A stretch of 30,007 nt of DNA from a virus. Its lineage: Duplodnaviria > Caudoviricetes. The position numbers were made by a program, and so were the translations under genes. The notes below the pieces were generated by a model. That model ran no database searches, had not been told where the DNA came from, and saw nothing but the letters and a program-made list of their open reading frames with translations. The stretch is from IMG/VR virus record IMGVR_UViG_3300012231_000037, positions 1 through 30,007 of that record; one strand, given 5' to 3'. Below are positions 16,501 to 24,481 of this stretch, piece after piece; the stretch's first letter is position 1; each line of letters opens with the position of its first letter.

Positions 16501-17049
16501 TACCACCACGTCAGCGAACACCGGCAGCGCGTTGGCCGGCGTCGTGACCGCATAGTGCTCCTCGTCGATGAAGACCACGTTGGTCCCCGCCACCCCGTCG
16601 AAGGTGAACGTGGAGCCTGCGACGAAGTTCACACCGTGCACCACGATGTCCGTGCCACCGGCGATGGGCCCAAACGCAGGAGACAACGACGTGATCGTAC
16701 CGGAGTAGTACGTGAAGGCGTCGACCAACGTCGCCGACTGTGACCCTTGTGTCACCGTGACGTCCACGACTTCGGAGCTGGGGAAGACCGGCGCAACCGC
16801 CGTCAGCGTAAAGGCGTTGACCACGACCACGCCCGTCGCCGCCACTCCACCGAACGTCACGAGCGGCGCAGAACCATCCGTGTCGTACCGGAAGTTTGCT
16901 CCCACCAACGTGACGGTGACTCCCCCGTCTACTCGGTCCGAGTTCGGATCGAGGGAGTACAGCTTCGGTGAATTGTCAAACCCAGGTCGCGAGCGGAAGA
17001 GACCTCGCGGTCCCTTCCACGGCCCCGGATATTTGGGACGGCCTGCCAT
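13534..17049 (-). CDS. Large tail tip/hub protein with two N-terminal IPT/TIG Ig-like domains
   Basis: 1171 aa; SLDPNS...GG..VTLVGANF and ITSLSPAFGPIAGGTDIVVHGVNF repeats; hub-like WYVDYQKDIHF and QIRNRVTVMG; Fn3-like insertions. Confidence 0.85.
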   Translation of the reverse strand: MAGRPKYPGPWKGPRGLFRSRPGFDNSPKLYSLDPNSDRVDGGVTVTLVGANFRYDTDGSAPLVTFGGVAATGVVVVNAFTLTAVAPVFPSSEVVDVTVTQGSQSATLVDAFTYYSGTITSLSPAFGPIAGGTDIVVHGVNFVAGSTFTFDGVAGTNVVFIDEEHYAVTTPANALPVFADVVVTEPGNATTTFRNGFKYTTLTRGNDLRRLPGIQIRDVLNQSPNTCSFTIDGASNRPQEGEEIEIVDHEDGDRQLFKGNVQTVDQEYEEQRGQLVWRVTIIDFTWLLNAKRPFGTYENISASEIVVDLITKYAPGFTVTHVQTLLAPISVTFDGTKDFSSCLSEMAAAIGGGHWYVDYQKDIHFFHTKPPALRPLSPLSNGPGTAITLSEGLAMPNTLSFPAAYIYVRTTFLYSNGVESRLGPTSNVLAATGLKQIHFAGVPIGVDPGGSITVVARRVYFGRGTGPLTRGWKVNDNTTTDFDSYFNAPDDGPIHYEGTAGLTVPILPPPPVAGAAPVVEGGDSVGYSFSASGTYRFRVAAVYEDGTETIASELSNSVMLNDDFTINNTGHAGLSGASSPPIGKGPAFTSLPLYPEINGVAPAYYKVFFQFTRFLLSAPGQTGPFVPPVPGPDVQLGTLPYDGSLILINPTPDFGVRPRFNTTGVSLTWPNPDGPVLEDTDPPEDIDDANTSLLREPKFTSSTDMSQIRNRVTVMGAGTITTEPAFTGDSQLQVADVSIFSEAGGQLIVNGHVITYFAPSSFEPGEGALFLTEALPFDLEEGAGVRFYMQVNDLESQEAMAALEGTDGVHESVISDTSMLLPQQMYIAANAELELFSRPVVTIKYGTRDPKTKSGQMVHVDLSDPPCNGDFLIQDVTIDQFHDESDTLLPRYTVTASSVKFELNDLLLQILKTVSSGTQNLRGVVKSAVAQSAPSSTDLRSIEGYHLPITSGNHGLKGIGIQLNNGGTAPTYDASVGSMGKPPTTTALRKWLTYATTAVNLNQSFVYTTEWFYPEWNFETTINILTGPNLADMLLFIGFSDAAVTGASPTSGTPASTKLIAFRYSSVDLDQGWVGFMSSNAGGSAKTAVLAAIAPNTEYALHIRTQLGPDSSTYTVSFKVDDGDWVTLPNSAASPVATGLTAAGLPFLISVTARAAAIKKLSWRRLALVME

Positions 17050-17053
17050 GACC

Positions 17054-17611
17054 TTAGTTGGGGGCGATCACTTCGTACTGGTGAACCGTCATGCTGCCGG
17101 TCGCCACCGTCTGCGTGAAGAACAGATCGATCTGCTGCGTGGCCGTCGTGTCGAAGTTGTTGCCGACAGCTGGCGCGGAGTTCCACGGCAGGATGGCTGA
17201 CAGCACACCCTTCGGCGCCGTCGCGGGCACCCCGAGGATGTCCTCGCACGTCCACAGACCCTGCCCCATGAGGTTGCCCGTGGCGCCAATGGCGCGACAG
17301 GTCAGCTCGATGTCGAGGATCCAGCCGACGTTGGTGTGACCCGCGACCGTGTCGAGCAGCACCGCGAGTCCGTCGAAGACCACGGTGGCGCCAAAGCGCA
17401 CGTCGAACCGCGCGGTGCCAGGCGTCGTGATGAGCGAGGAGATGCGCCCCGTGGCGCGGATGCGCAGCTTCTTGCCGATGGTGTCGAAGTAATTGGTCGG
17501 CAACGTGAACTTGGCGGCTGCCGGAATCGCCGACGCTGCGGCTGCCGCCGTCAAGGCGGAGCCGTCAACCTGCGAATTGACGAGCGTTTCATACCACTTG
17601 TTGAGACTCAT
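17054..17611 (-). CDS. Minor virion (tail) protein
   Basis: 185-aa beta-rich protein between tape measure and hub; AAGGAG RBS. Confidence 0.7.
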   Translation of the reverse strand: MSLNKWYETLVNSQVDGSALTAAAAASAIPAAAKFTLPTNYFDTIGKKLRIRATGRISSLITTPGTARFDVRFGATVVFDGLAVLLDTVAGHTNVGWILDIELTCRAIGATGNLMGQGLWTCEDILGVPATAPKGVLSAILPWNSAPAVGNNFDTTATQQIDLFFTQTVATGSMTVHQYEVIAPN

Positions 17612-17622
17612 CGGACTACTCC

Positions 17623-20088
17623 TTACGCCGCGCCGTAGAGGCGGGCTTGTTTGAGACCACGCATGATCTCGTTGCTGATCTGGCGCGCCACGTCGGCCGC
17701 CGTGCCATTCACGTAGAAATTATTCACGACGTTACTGCCGAGTGCACCTGCCGCGCCCGGAGAGTTCAACGGAATGATCGCCTCGCGTCCGTGCAGGGCC
17801 ACCAAGGTGCCTTCACCGAACTCGCCGACGCCACCCTCGGCCAAGCCGGGGATGGGGCTGTGTGGACGCTTCGACTGCGACATGAGCAACTGGTACGCCG
17901 CCCGGAGTGCGTTGAAGCGCGCCAAGTTCTTGAAGTGTAAGTTCTGTGTCGCAAAGCTCGTCACCGGATCATTGAGATGCTGCGACAAGTACATCAACTC
18001 ATCAAGGAGGGCATCCGCGCCGCCCTTCGTCGTGTCAATGGTGAACTGGTCGACTGTGTCCCCGGTGAACGACACCGGCGCGTTCTGCTTGGCGACGAAC
18101 TGCGCCAAGGTCATCCACTCCCCGGACAAGGTGCGGATCTTGCCGACGGTATCATCAATGGCCCCGCCCATGCTCGTCTTCCAGCTCGCCGCCGCCGAGG
18201 CAGCCGCGTCGGACGACGTCTTCAAGTCCGCGATCCAAGCCGACGTGAACTGATCCGCGTGCGAGGTCGCAAAGTCATAGGCGTCCTTCGCGTCACGGGC
18301 CAACTTCTCGAAGTGCGCCTTCGAGTGCACGTCACCCTCGAGGCGGGCCAGGTCGGCCTTCTGGTACATCAAGGCTTCTTCCTTGACGAGCCAGTCGTAG
18401 AAGTCCGCGGTGTCCGTCTTCGCGTTCTGATGCGACCGGATCTGCGCGGCTTCCCAGCGCTCGATGTCGGAGATCGTCTTGCTCGTCGCGGTGCTACTGA
18501 GGTCGATCTTCATGGCGTGATATTCCGCCCAGCGCGCCTGCGAATCCGTGATCTGCTTCTGCTCAATCTTGAGAGCTTCGGCTTCCTCTTTCAAGGAATC
18601 GGCGACGGCCTTGACCTGCGCCGCGGTCAACGAGTAGGCTGTGGCGAGCGCCGCCTGTGAGACGCCAGCTTGCAGATACGTCTCCACTTGGGCGAGAATG
18701 ATGGGATCAATCTGCGCCAGGGTATCCTTGAGGCTTTTCCCTGCGGAATGGATCTCCGTCATCGCCGCGGCCATCTTCTTGGCCTCTTCAGCCGTTTGCT
18801 TCATGACGAAGGCGTTCTTTTCAGAGGCTGCTGCCGCCGCCGTGGACGCTTGGGCCGTGGCGTCTGTGGCCTCCGCGAGCTTTTCGGTGGGAGGCTTAGC
18901 CTCCGCCGCTGCCTTCTGAGCTGCTATCATCCCCGCCTGGATTTTATCGAGCGCGGGGTTGACGGCGGTCAGTGCCAAGTTGAACTTCATCAGTCCAACC
19001 TCCACCGCGGACAATGCGTTAATCCCCTTGAGGATCGCGCTCGTGTCCATGAAGACGCTCAAGAAAAGCTCTACCGCGCGGATGCTACGATCCAGTTCGG
19101 CCAACCACTCCGACGTAGCGCCCAACGCCAGCTGGAACACGTCGACCAGAATCTTGGCCACGTCAATGGCGGTGATCGCAATATCCTCAAGCGCGCTGAC
19201 GAGATTCTTGATGACCTCTTCTTGTGAGCCACCCAGGGCCTCACTCAAGGCGTCCCGAATACCATCCAGGGCCGCGATGATAACCGGCGAGGTGGCAATA
19301 CTTTTTCCCAACTCCTCCTGGAAATTCTTCCACGTCGTCTGCGCCTGCGCGACCTTCTCATCCAGACCATCGGTCTGTTCACCCAGACGACCCGTCGCCT
19401 CACTCACCGCGTTGAGGATAGCCTCCCGAGCCGCTTGAAGTTTCCCCTCAGCCGTCAGGTGCTCGACGGTCGTCTTCATCTTCTTCGCGAACTCTTCCTC
19501 TGCTGCGGCCAGGTCGATCTTGCCGGTGAGCATCGCGAGCGCGCGAGTGCGACCCGTCAGCATCGCGTCATTCATCGTGTCCAGTGCTGTCTTGACATCG
19601 CCACCCGTGGCTTGCGCCAGCGCGAAGGCACCCTCGGCCACCGTGCGGAACTGCTTGTCTGTCAGGTTCATGCCGGCAGCCAAGTCCTGATTGACTACCT
19701 TCATGAGCTCGAAGTCCGTAATGGTGTTATGGGTGCCCGTCTTGAGTTCACCCAGCAGCGTAGACCCCAAGCGACCTGCTGACTCGGTCAAGTGGTTGAA
19801 GTTCTCCTCTACGTCGGCAACTGCTGCACCCTCCATCGCCAAGTCCTTGATCACGGTGGCAGCCTCCTTCAGGACGTCCACAGTGATGGTAAGAGCTGAC
19901 GAGACTACACCGATGGCCGCCTGTGCCGTGAAGAACCCCGCCGCCGTGGCGAGCATCTGCGTACCGAGGGCGCCGAACTGCCCACCGAACTCGTTGACCG
20001 AGTTGCCCGCCAGCTTGAGTGCTGACGTGAGTCGGTCTTCGAGCTCGATGCGTCCTGAGAGTGTGCCGATGTCCAGGCTACTAGCCAT
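17623..20088 (-). CDS. Tail tape measure protein
   Basis: 821-aa Ala-rich helical ORF directly after the chaperones; C-terminal LAEGG...LHGREAIIPL. Confidence 0.9.
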   Translation of the reverse strand: MASSLDIGTLSGRIELEDRLTSALKLAGNSVNEFGGQFGALGTQMLATAAGFFTAQAAIGVVSSALTITVDVLKEAATVIKDLAMEGAAVADVEENFNHLTESAGRLGSTLLGELKTGTHNTITDFELMKVVNQDLAAGMNLTDKQFRTVAEGAFALAQATGGDVKTALDTMNDAMLTGRTRALAMLTGKIDLAAAEEEFAKKMKTTVEHLTAEGKLQAAREAILNAVSEATGRLGEQTDGLDEKVAQAQTTWKNFQEELGKSIATSPVIIAALDGIRDALSEALGGSQEEVIKNLVSALEDIAITAIDVAKILVDVFQLALGATSEWLAELDRSIRAVELFLSVFMDTSAILKGINALSAVEVGLMKFNLALTAVNPALDKIQAGMIAAQKAAAEAKPPTEKLAEATDATAQASTAAAAASEKNAFVMKQTAEEAKKMAAAMTEIHSAGKSLKDTLAQIDPIILAQVETYLQAGVSQAALATAYSLTAAQVKAVADSLKEEAEALKIEQKQITDSQARWAEYHAMKIDLSSTATSKTISDIERWEAAQIRSHQNAKTDTADFYDWLVKEEALMYQKADLARLEGDVHSKAHFEKLARDAKDAYDFATSHADQFTSAWIADLKTSSDAAASAAASWKTSMGGAIDDTVGKIRTLSGEWMTLAQFVAKQNAPVSFTGDTVDQFTIDTTKGGADALLDELMYLSQHLNDPVTSFATQNLHFKNLARFNALRAAYQLLMSQSKRPHSPIPGLAEGGVGEFGEGTLVALHGREAIIPLNSPGAAGALGSNVVNNFYVNGTAADVARQISNEIMRGLKQARLYGAA

Positions 20089-20091
20089 GGG

Positions 20092-20472
20092 TTACTTCTT
20101 CCGTTTCCTCGCAGGTTCAGTCGAGGCCGCCGCAAACATCATGGCGATCATCTTCTGCTCCTGCCACGTCTGACGCGGTGCCGCCGGTGCCGGTTTGTCA
20201 GCACCGAACTCCAGCAAGAAGTCCCTCGTGAGAAAGCGCTTCTTACTCCCGCTACGTGCAGCGGCGGTGTTGGCGATAGCCGAACAGACCGATGCGGCCT
20301 GCCAGTCACCCCGCCGCCCACCGATAGGCTCGAGCGCGTCATACGCGAACCACTCAAGGAACTGCGGGAACGTCAGCTCCTCGAGCATCCGGTCAACATC
20401 TACGCGCCCGCAGGCGAGGGCGAGGCGGAAGGCGAAGCGCCGGAGGTCGCTACGCTTGAGTCGCCTTTTGGG
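20092..20472 (-). CDS. Tail assembly chaperone, frameshift (GT) extension
   Basis: The -1 frame from the slippery site reads RRLKRSDLRRFAFRLALACGRVDVDRMLEELTFPQFLEWFAY and is continuous with ORF 20092..20388. Confidence 0.85.
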   Translation of the reverse strand, partial: PKRRLKRSDLRRFAFRLALACGRVDVDRMLEELTFPQFLEWFAYDALEPIGGRRGDWQAASVCSAIANTAAARSGSKKRFLTRDFLLEFGADKPAPAAPRQTWQEQKMIAMMFAAASTEPARKRKK

Positions 20473-20828
20473 TCGTCGAGCAACGTCTTCGCCGCACGGT
20501 CCAGCCCGTTGAGCTTGAGGATCGCCTTGATGACTTTGCCATTCTCCCGCGCATCCTTCTCACGGAAGATGGCGAGCCATTCCGCACGGACGGCCTCGTC
20601 CTTCGGCAGGTGCGACTTCGTTTCGGGGTCCACGATGGACTTGACGAGGAGACGCAAGCCCGCTTCTTTCTTGGCCACCGGGTCGTCGTTCGTCTCGAGC
20701 CACTCGAGCATGTCGCCCGAGCCCAAGGACCCGATGGCGACCTGCCCACCGTAGGCCTCGACCTGGTCGTAGTGCTTGCCGTTCGCGGACTTCAGTTCGT
20801 CGAATGAGAAGACCTTCGTTTCACTCAC
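20400..20828 (-). CDS. Tail assembly chaperone (G)
   Basis: GTG 20828 with AGGAGG RBS; 142 aa; upstream of the tape measure gene. Confidence 0.85.
   Translation of the reverse strand: MSETKVFSFDELKSANGKHYDQVEAYGGQVAIGSLGSGDMLEWLETNDDPVAKKEAGLRLLVKSIVDPETKSHLPKDEAVRAEWLAIFREKDARENGKVIKAILKLNGLDRAAKTLLDDPKGDSSVATSGASPSASPSPAGA
20466..20472 (-). other. -1 programmed ribosomal frameshift site C CCA AAA
   Basis: XXXYYYZ heptamer in the correct phase near the end of the G ORF. Confidence 0.8.
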
Positions 20829-20844
20829 GTTACCCTCCTGCGGG

Positions 20845-21678
20845 TTAGACATACAGTACAAAACCGGTCGGACTGTTGACCGGGTCAGTCGGAAAGGTGG
20901 GGTCGCCGATGCCGTCGAGCGCATTGTACCACGCCTGGACAAAGGTGACCAGTAGACCATCGGGCAGCGTGGCAATGGACTGTTGTCCGGTGGTCTTGGA
21001 CTCAGACTGAAAGACCGCCGCCACGTTGGTATCCATCACGAACACAACGTCTTCAACGAGCACGCCGTCAATCAGGCCCATCATCACGACGCCGCCGTAG
21101 ATAGTACAGGGACCGAGGATCGCCGTCGGTATTCCGCTGTCGCTCGAGACGTCGCTGAAGAACTGCACCTTCAAGCCCGGCACGGACGCGAAAAGCAAGC
21201 GCACCTGTCCGATCAGCAACTCGCTCGCGTTGTTGGCCAAGAGGAACGCGAGCCAATCTGGCACTGTGCTCGGCGCTGAGCGCTTCTTCCCGATCACGTT
21301 GAACACGACGCACGACTGGCCCTTCTCGTCCGACCCCATGTCCGCGGGCTCGTGCAGCGGCTTGATATGCTGGTACCACGTGCAGTCAATGAACTGGTTC
21401 CGGATCTTCGCGAGGGAGGAGTAGGCTGCGTCAGCCTTCGCCCGCGCCAGCCCGTAGGTGTTCGCCCGCGCGAGGATCTGCGCCGCCGGCTGCAAGTACG
21501 CAGGTCGAATCGTCGAGTTCTGCGTCAGCTCAGGCGCCGTCCCTGGCGTCTCCGTGATCGTCACGGTCGCGGAACCGACAAGCTGTGGCACCGCGGCGCG
21601 GCTGTTCATGAACAGGTCCACGCCCCACGTGGCGACAGCATCGCCTTCGAGAATGGTTCGGAGATCTTCAAGCCACAC
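20845..21678 (-). CDS. Tail terminator (minor-capsid-family) with long C-terminal extension
   Basis: ETPG..P...YLQPAAQILARANTY..ARAKA...PADMGSDEKGQ...VFN pattern in the first ~134 aa; positioned after the gp10-like gene. Confidence 0.7.
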   Translation of the reverse strand: MWLEDLRTILEGDAVATWGVDLFMNSRAAVPQLVGSATVTITETPGTAPELTQNSTIRPAYLQPAAQILARANTYGLARAKADAAYSSLAKIRNQFIDCTWYQHIKPLHEPADMGSDEKGQSCVVFNVIGKKRSAPSTVPDWLAFLLANNASELLIGQVRLLFASVPGLKVQFFSDVSSDSGIPTAILGPCTIYGGVVMMGLIDGVLVEDVVFVMDTNVAAVFQSESKTTGQQSIATLPDGLLVTFVQAWYNALDGIGDPTFPTDPVNSPTGFVLYV

Positions 21679-22060
21679 GGTTCAACTCAATTCTGGCGGC
21701 CACACGGCGACCCATGAACGGCCGACTTTCCATGATCACAGACTCGATGTACTTTGCCTGCCCCACCTTGTGAAACGCGGCCAAGTCTTCGTGGACGAAG
21801 AGCGCATACGGTGCGGCCGGTCCACCAGCCACAATGAACGTGTAGATCGTCCGTCCCTCGCGCGTCGGACCGACGACATGCACTGACGCACGCAGCGCAC
21901 CCTTGTCCACAGGCGTCCGTCGCTTCACTTCCTTCGACTCGATCTCTGTCTCGATGTAGAGCGCGCGGCCCACCTCGTCGGGGAACCGGTCCGCGAGGCG
22001 TTGCAGCTTACGCCGCATCGCATCACCGCCGCTCAGACTTGCGCTAGCACCGGCAGACAC
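21668..22060 (-). CDS. HK97 gp10-like tail completion protein
   Basis: TPVDKGALRAS, APYALFVHE, GQAKYIE; GAGGAG RBS before GTG 22060. Confidence 0.85.
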   Translation of the reverse strand: MSAGASASLSGGDAMRRKLQRLADRFPDEVGRALYIETEIESKEVKRRTPVDKGALRASVHVVGPTREGRTIYTFIVAGGPAAPYALFVHEDLAAFHKVGQAKYIESVIMESRPFMGRRVAARIELNRVA

Positions 22061-23202
22061 GTTCGGATCTCCTCGGCGAATCGTCGCCCAATGGCCTCCC
22101 ACCGATATTCGGGACGGCTCACAAGGTCGAGCCCTTTCTGTGCAGTAATCTGGCGCAGGTCGCGCGAGTGGTACAGGCGGTTTACCGCCTCGATCCACGC
22201 GAGCTTGTCGGGCACCCAGCCGATCATCGTCTTGACGTCCGGCATGAGTCCTTCCATCGGCGACGGCACCATCAGTGCACCTTCGCGGGCCCATTCACCG
22301 AAGGCCGAGTTGTTCGGCAGGACGCACGGCACGCGCGAGGCCATCGCCTCCATGGCCGTCAAGCCCCAGCCCTCGGCGAGCGACGTATTGGCAAACACGT
22401 CGAAGGCGCGGTACGTGTCGCGGAGCCACGCGAGCGTGGTGCCGTTGAAGGTGTCCTTGGGCTGCGCGTAGATCAGCCGACAGTTCGGACCTGCGCCGAT
22501 GCCGTAGTAGTACGCGAGCTGCTCACAGTCGCACTGCGTCGAACTGCCCGGCAGTACGTGCAGATACAAGTACGCATCCGTGATATGCGCCCCGAGCACC
22601 CACTGCGCGAAGTACTGGATCATCAGGTCGAGACGCTTTCGATTCTGATTCCGGTTCACGTTGCCCACGATGAACGCATCGAGGCAGGGCTCGGGCAGGC
22701 CCAGCGCTTGACGCGCGGCGAGCTGATCGCCCGGTGAGAACGCATCGAGGTCCACGCCCAGCGGCACCACGGCCGACGGGATCGTCATGCCACCCTTGAT
22801 CGCTTCCTGTCGCCCGAACTCCGTCCAGAAGATCGCGCGCTTGAGCGCGTTGAGTTGCGTGCCGACGCAGTTCTTACCTTCCACGGCGATGATGCCGACC
22901 ACGGGAATCTCCTTGGGAATGCGGAGGAGATACGTCGGGACGTTCCACGGGTTGCACTGGAGCACCACCAGGTCAGGGCGGTTGGCCTCGAGGCGTTCCT
23001 TGATACGCCCGACGCCGATGGGGTCACCGCCGACCATCGCCGGAAAAATGTCGTAAAGCTTCTGATCGGGGTGCGGATCGCCGCGGAAGTTCACGCCGAT
23101 CACTTCAACCTCGCAGGTCTCCCGCAGCACCCCGAGCAAGTGATGGGACGCCTTCGCAAAGCCACTGCTGCACGCCGCATCGCCGATGAAGAGCACCTTC
23201 AC
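22033..23202 (-). CDS. Glycosyltransferase family 4 (GT-B)
   Basis: SSGFAK, VVPLGVD, NRNQNRKRLD, DVFANTSLAEGWGLTAMEAMA (Ex7E motif). Confidence 0.92.
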   Translation of the reverse strand: MKVLFIGDAACSSGFAKASHHLLGVLRETCEVEVIGVNFRGDPHPDQKLYDIFPAMVGGDPIGVGRIKERLEANRPDLVVLQCNPWNVPTYLLRIPKEIPVVGIIAVEGKNCVGTQLNALKRAIFWTEFGRQEAIKGGMTIPSAVVPLGVDLDAFSPGDQLAARQALGLPEPCLDAFIVGNVNRNQNRKRLDLMIQYFAQWVLGAHITDAYLYLHVLPGSSTQCDCEQLAYYYGIGAGPNCRLIYAQPKDTFNGTTLAWLRDTYRAFDVFANTSLAEGWGLTAMEAMASRVPCVLPNNSAFGEWAREGALMVPSPMEGLMPDVKTMIGWVPDKLAWIEAVNRLYHSRDLRQITAQKGLDLVSRPEYRWEAIGRRFAEEIRTCLPVLAQV

Positions 23203-23939
23203 TGTTCCAACTCCCTCTTGAGGTCAGGCGGCAATGCCATCCCCGCCTGCCGCCAGAACGCCACCTGTGCCGCCCGCAGCCCCAAGCTATCGGACAGCGA
23301 CTCCGTCTTGACGTTCCAGTCTTCCGGAGCCACAATGTTCACTTGCTCGGGCGTCGTCGTCACGCCAGTGAGTATGGTATGATACTTCGCCGTCATCGCA
23401 CGACGTTCCTCCTTGGTCTTGACCAAGAAGTTGTGGTGCTCCATGTAGACCGGCGCACGATACGCAGGCCACTTCGACCCCGCGTGGATCTTCGTCCCGC
23501 GGCCGGCCTTCTCGCGCGTCGTCAGGCGCTGCTGGAAGTCGGGGAAGAACGGCGACGACGTGATCACGTGGTCCACGTCCGGCCACAGGTGATACCGCGA
23601 GAAGAACCACGAGTCCTGCACCGTCCATGCGCCGGAGACAAGCCACGCGACCATCTCAGGCGAGCAGCGCTCGTCGTCGTCCAACCGCAGGACGTAGTCA
23701 CCCTTGCACGCCTCGAGCACGGTGGGCAGCATCTGCTCGAGATAACCTCCTTCGACAGGCACCATGACATCATGCGCGTTGGCGTGTTCCCAGTGATTGC
23801 CGAGGAACTCGCGGGCCTGTTCGCCGTGCGCACCGAAGACCATCTGTCCACCTAAGGTGAAGGCTAGGTCCGCGATCTCTTGCAGGAAGGGCCGGATCCT
23901 CAGCGCCGCCTGCGTCACACACAGAACCGTGATCGTCAC
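23199..23939 (-). CDS. Glycosyltransferase family 2-like (GT-A)
   Basis: ACKGDYVLRLDDDE (DxD), FPDFQQRL, IH, MEHH; GTGA coupling with GGGAGG RBS. Confidence 0.8.
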   Translation of the reverse strand: MTITVLCVTQAALRIRPFLQEIADLAFTLGGQMVFGAHGEQAREFLGNHWEHANAHDVMVPVEGGYLEQMLPTVLEACKGDYVLRLDDDERCSPEMVAWLVSGAWTVQDSWFFSRYHLWPDVDHVITSSPFFPDFQQRLTTREKAGRGTKIHAGSKWPAYRAPVYMEHHNFLVKTKEERRAMTAKYHTILTGVTTTPEQVNIVAPEDWNVKTESLSDSLGLRAAQVAFWRQAGMALPPDLKRELEQ

Positions 23940-24481
23940 AGAGCCTCCCATCCTGCCGGAAACGTGACTCGCTTCACCCCGTCGCTGTGCCATCGCGCGG
24001 GATAGACCACCCGCTTGCTTGGGTTTGGGTTGATATACGCAGCCCACCACGAGTACGAACTGTTGGCGATGATGTTCGACGAACAACTGGCCATCGTGTT
24101 CAGGTCGTTGATCTCATCGCCTTTGTCGAGTACGTGGAGATGCGGCCAGCGCTTGCGACACCACGCGGGGTCATCCGAGAACACGAGGAAGCGGGCACCT
24201 GGGAAGCTCGCCATCGCGCGCTCGTAGTAATCCGTGTCCCACAAGGACACGAAGGCGGCGTCGGTCGTGTAGTCCGTCCGACGCACGTGGAGCGATACCT
24301 CAGGACGGCTACCGATGTTATCCCCGTAGAGCTTCATGATCTGCGCGCGGAACTCGTCGAAGTACTCGACGCGCTGCACCCACGGATCCGGAATCGCACC
24401 CCGCAAGAACTGCGCGTGGATGTAGGCAAGCTCGAACATTCGATTGCCGAGTCGCCCGCCAATCTGGTTCGGCGAGATCAT
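23936..24481 (-). CDS. Alpha-1,2-fucosyltransferase-like protein (GT11), compact
   Basis: GRLGNRMF, SLHVRRTDY, VFSDDPAWC, DLNTMASC..NIIANSSYSWWAAY, P.RW. Confidence 0.9.
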   Translation of the reverse strand: MISPNQIGGRLGNRMFELAYIHAQFLRGAIPDPWVQRVEYFDEFRAQIMKLYGDNIGSRPEVSLHVRRTDYTTDAAFVSLWDTDYYERAMASFPGARFLVFSDDPAWCRKRWPHLHVLDKGDEINDLNTMASCSSNIIANSSYSWWAAYINPNPSKRVVYPARWHSDGVKRVTFPAGWEAL

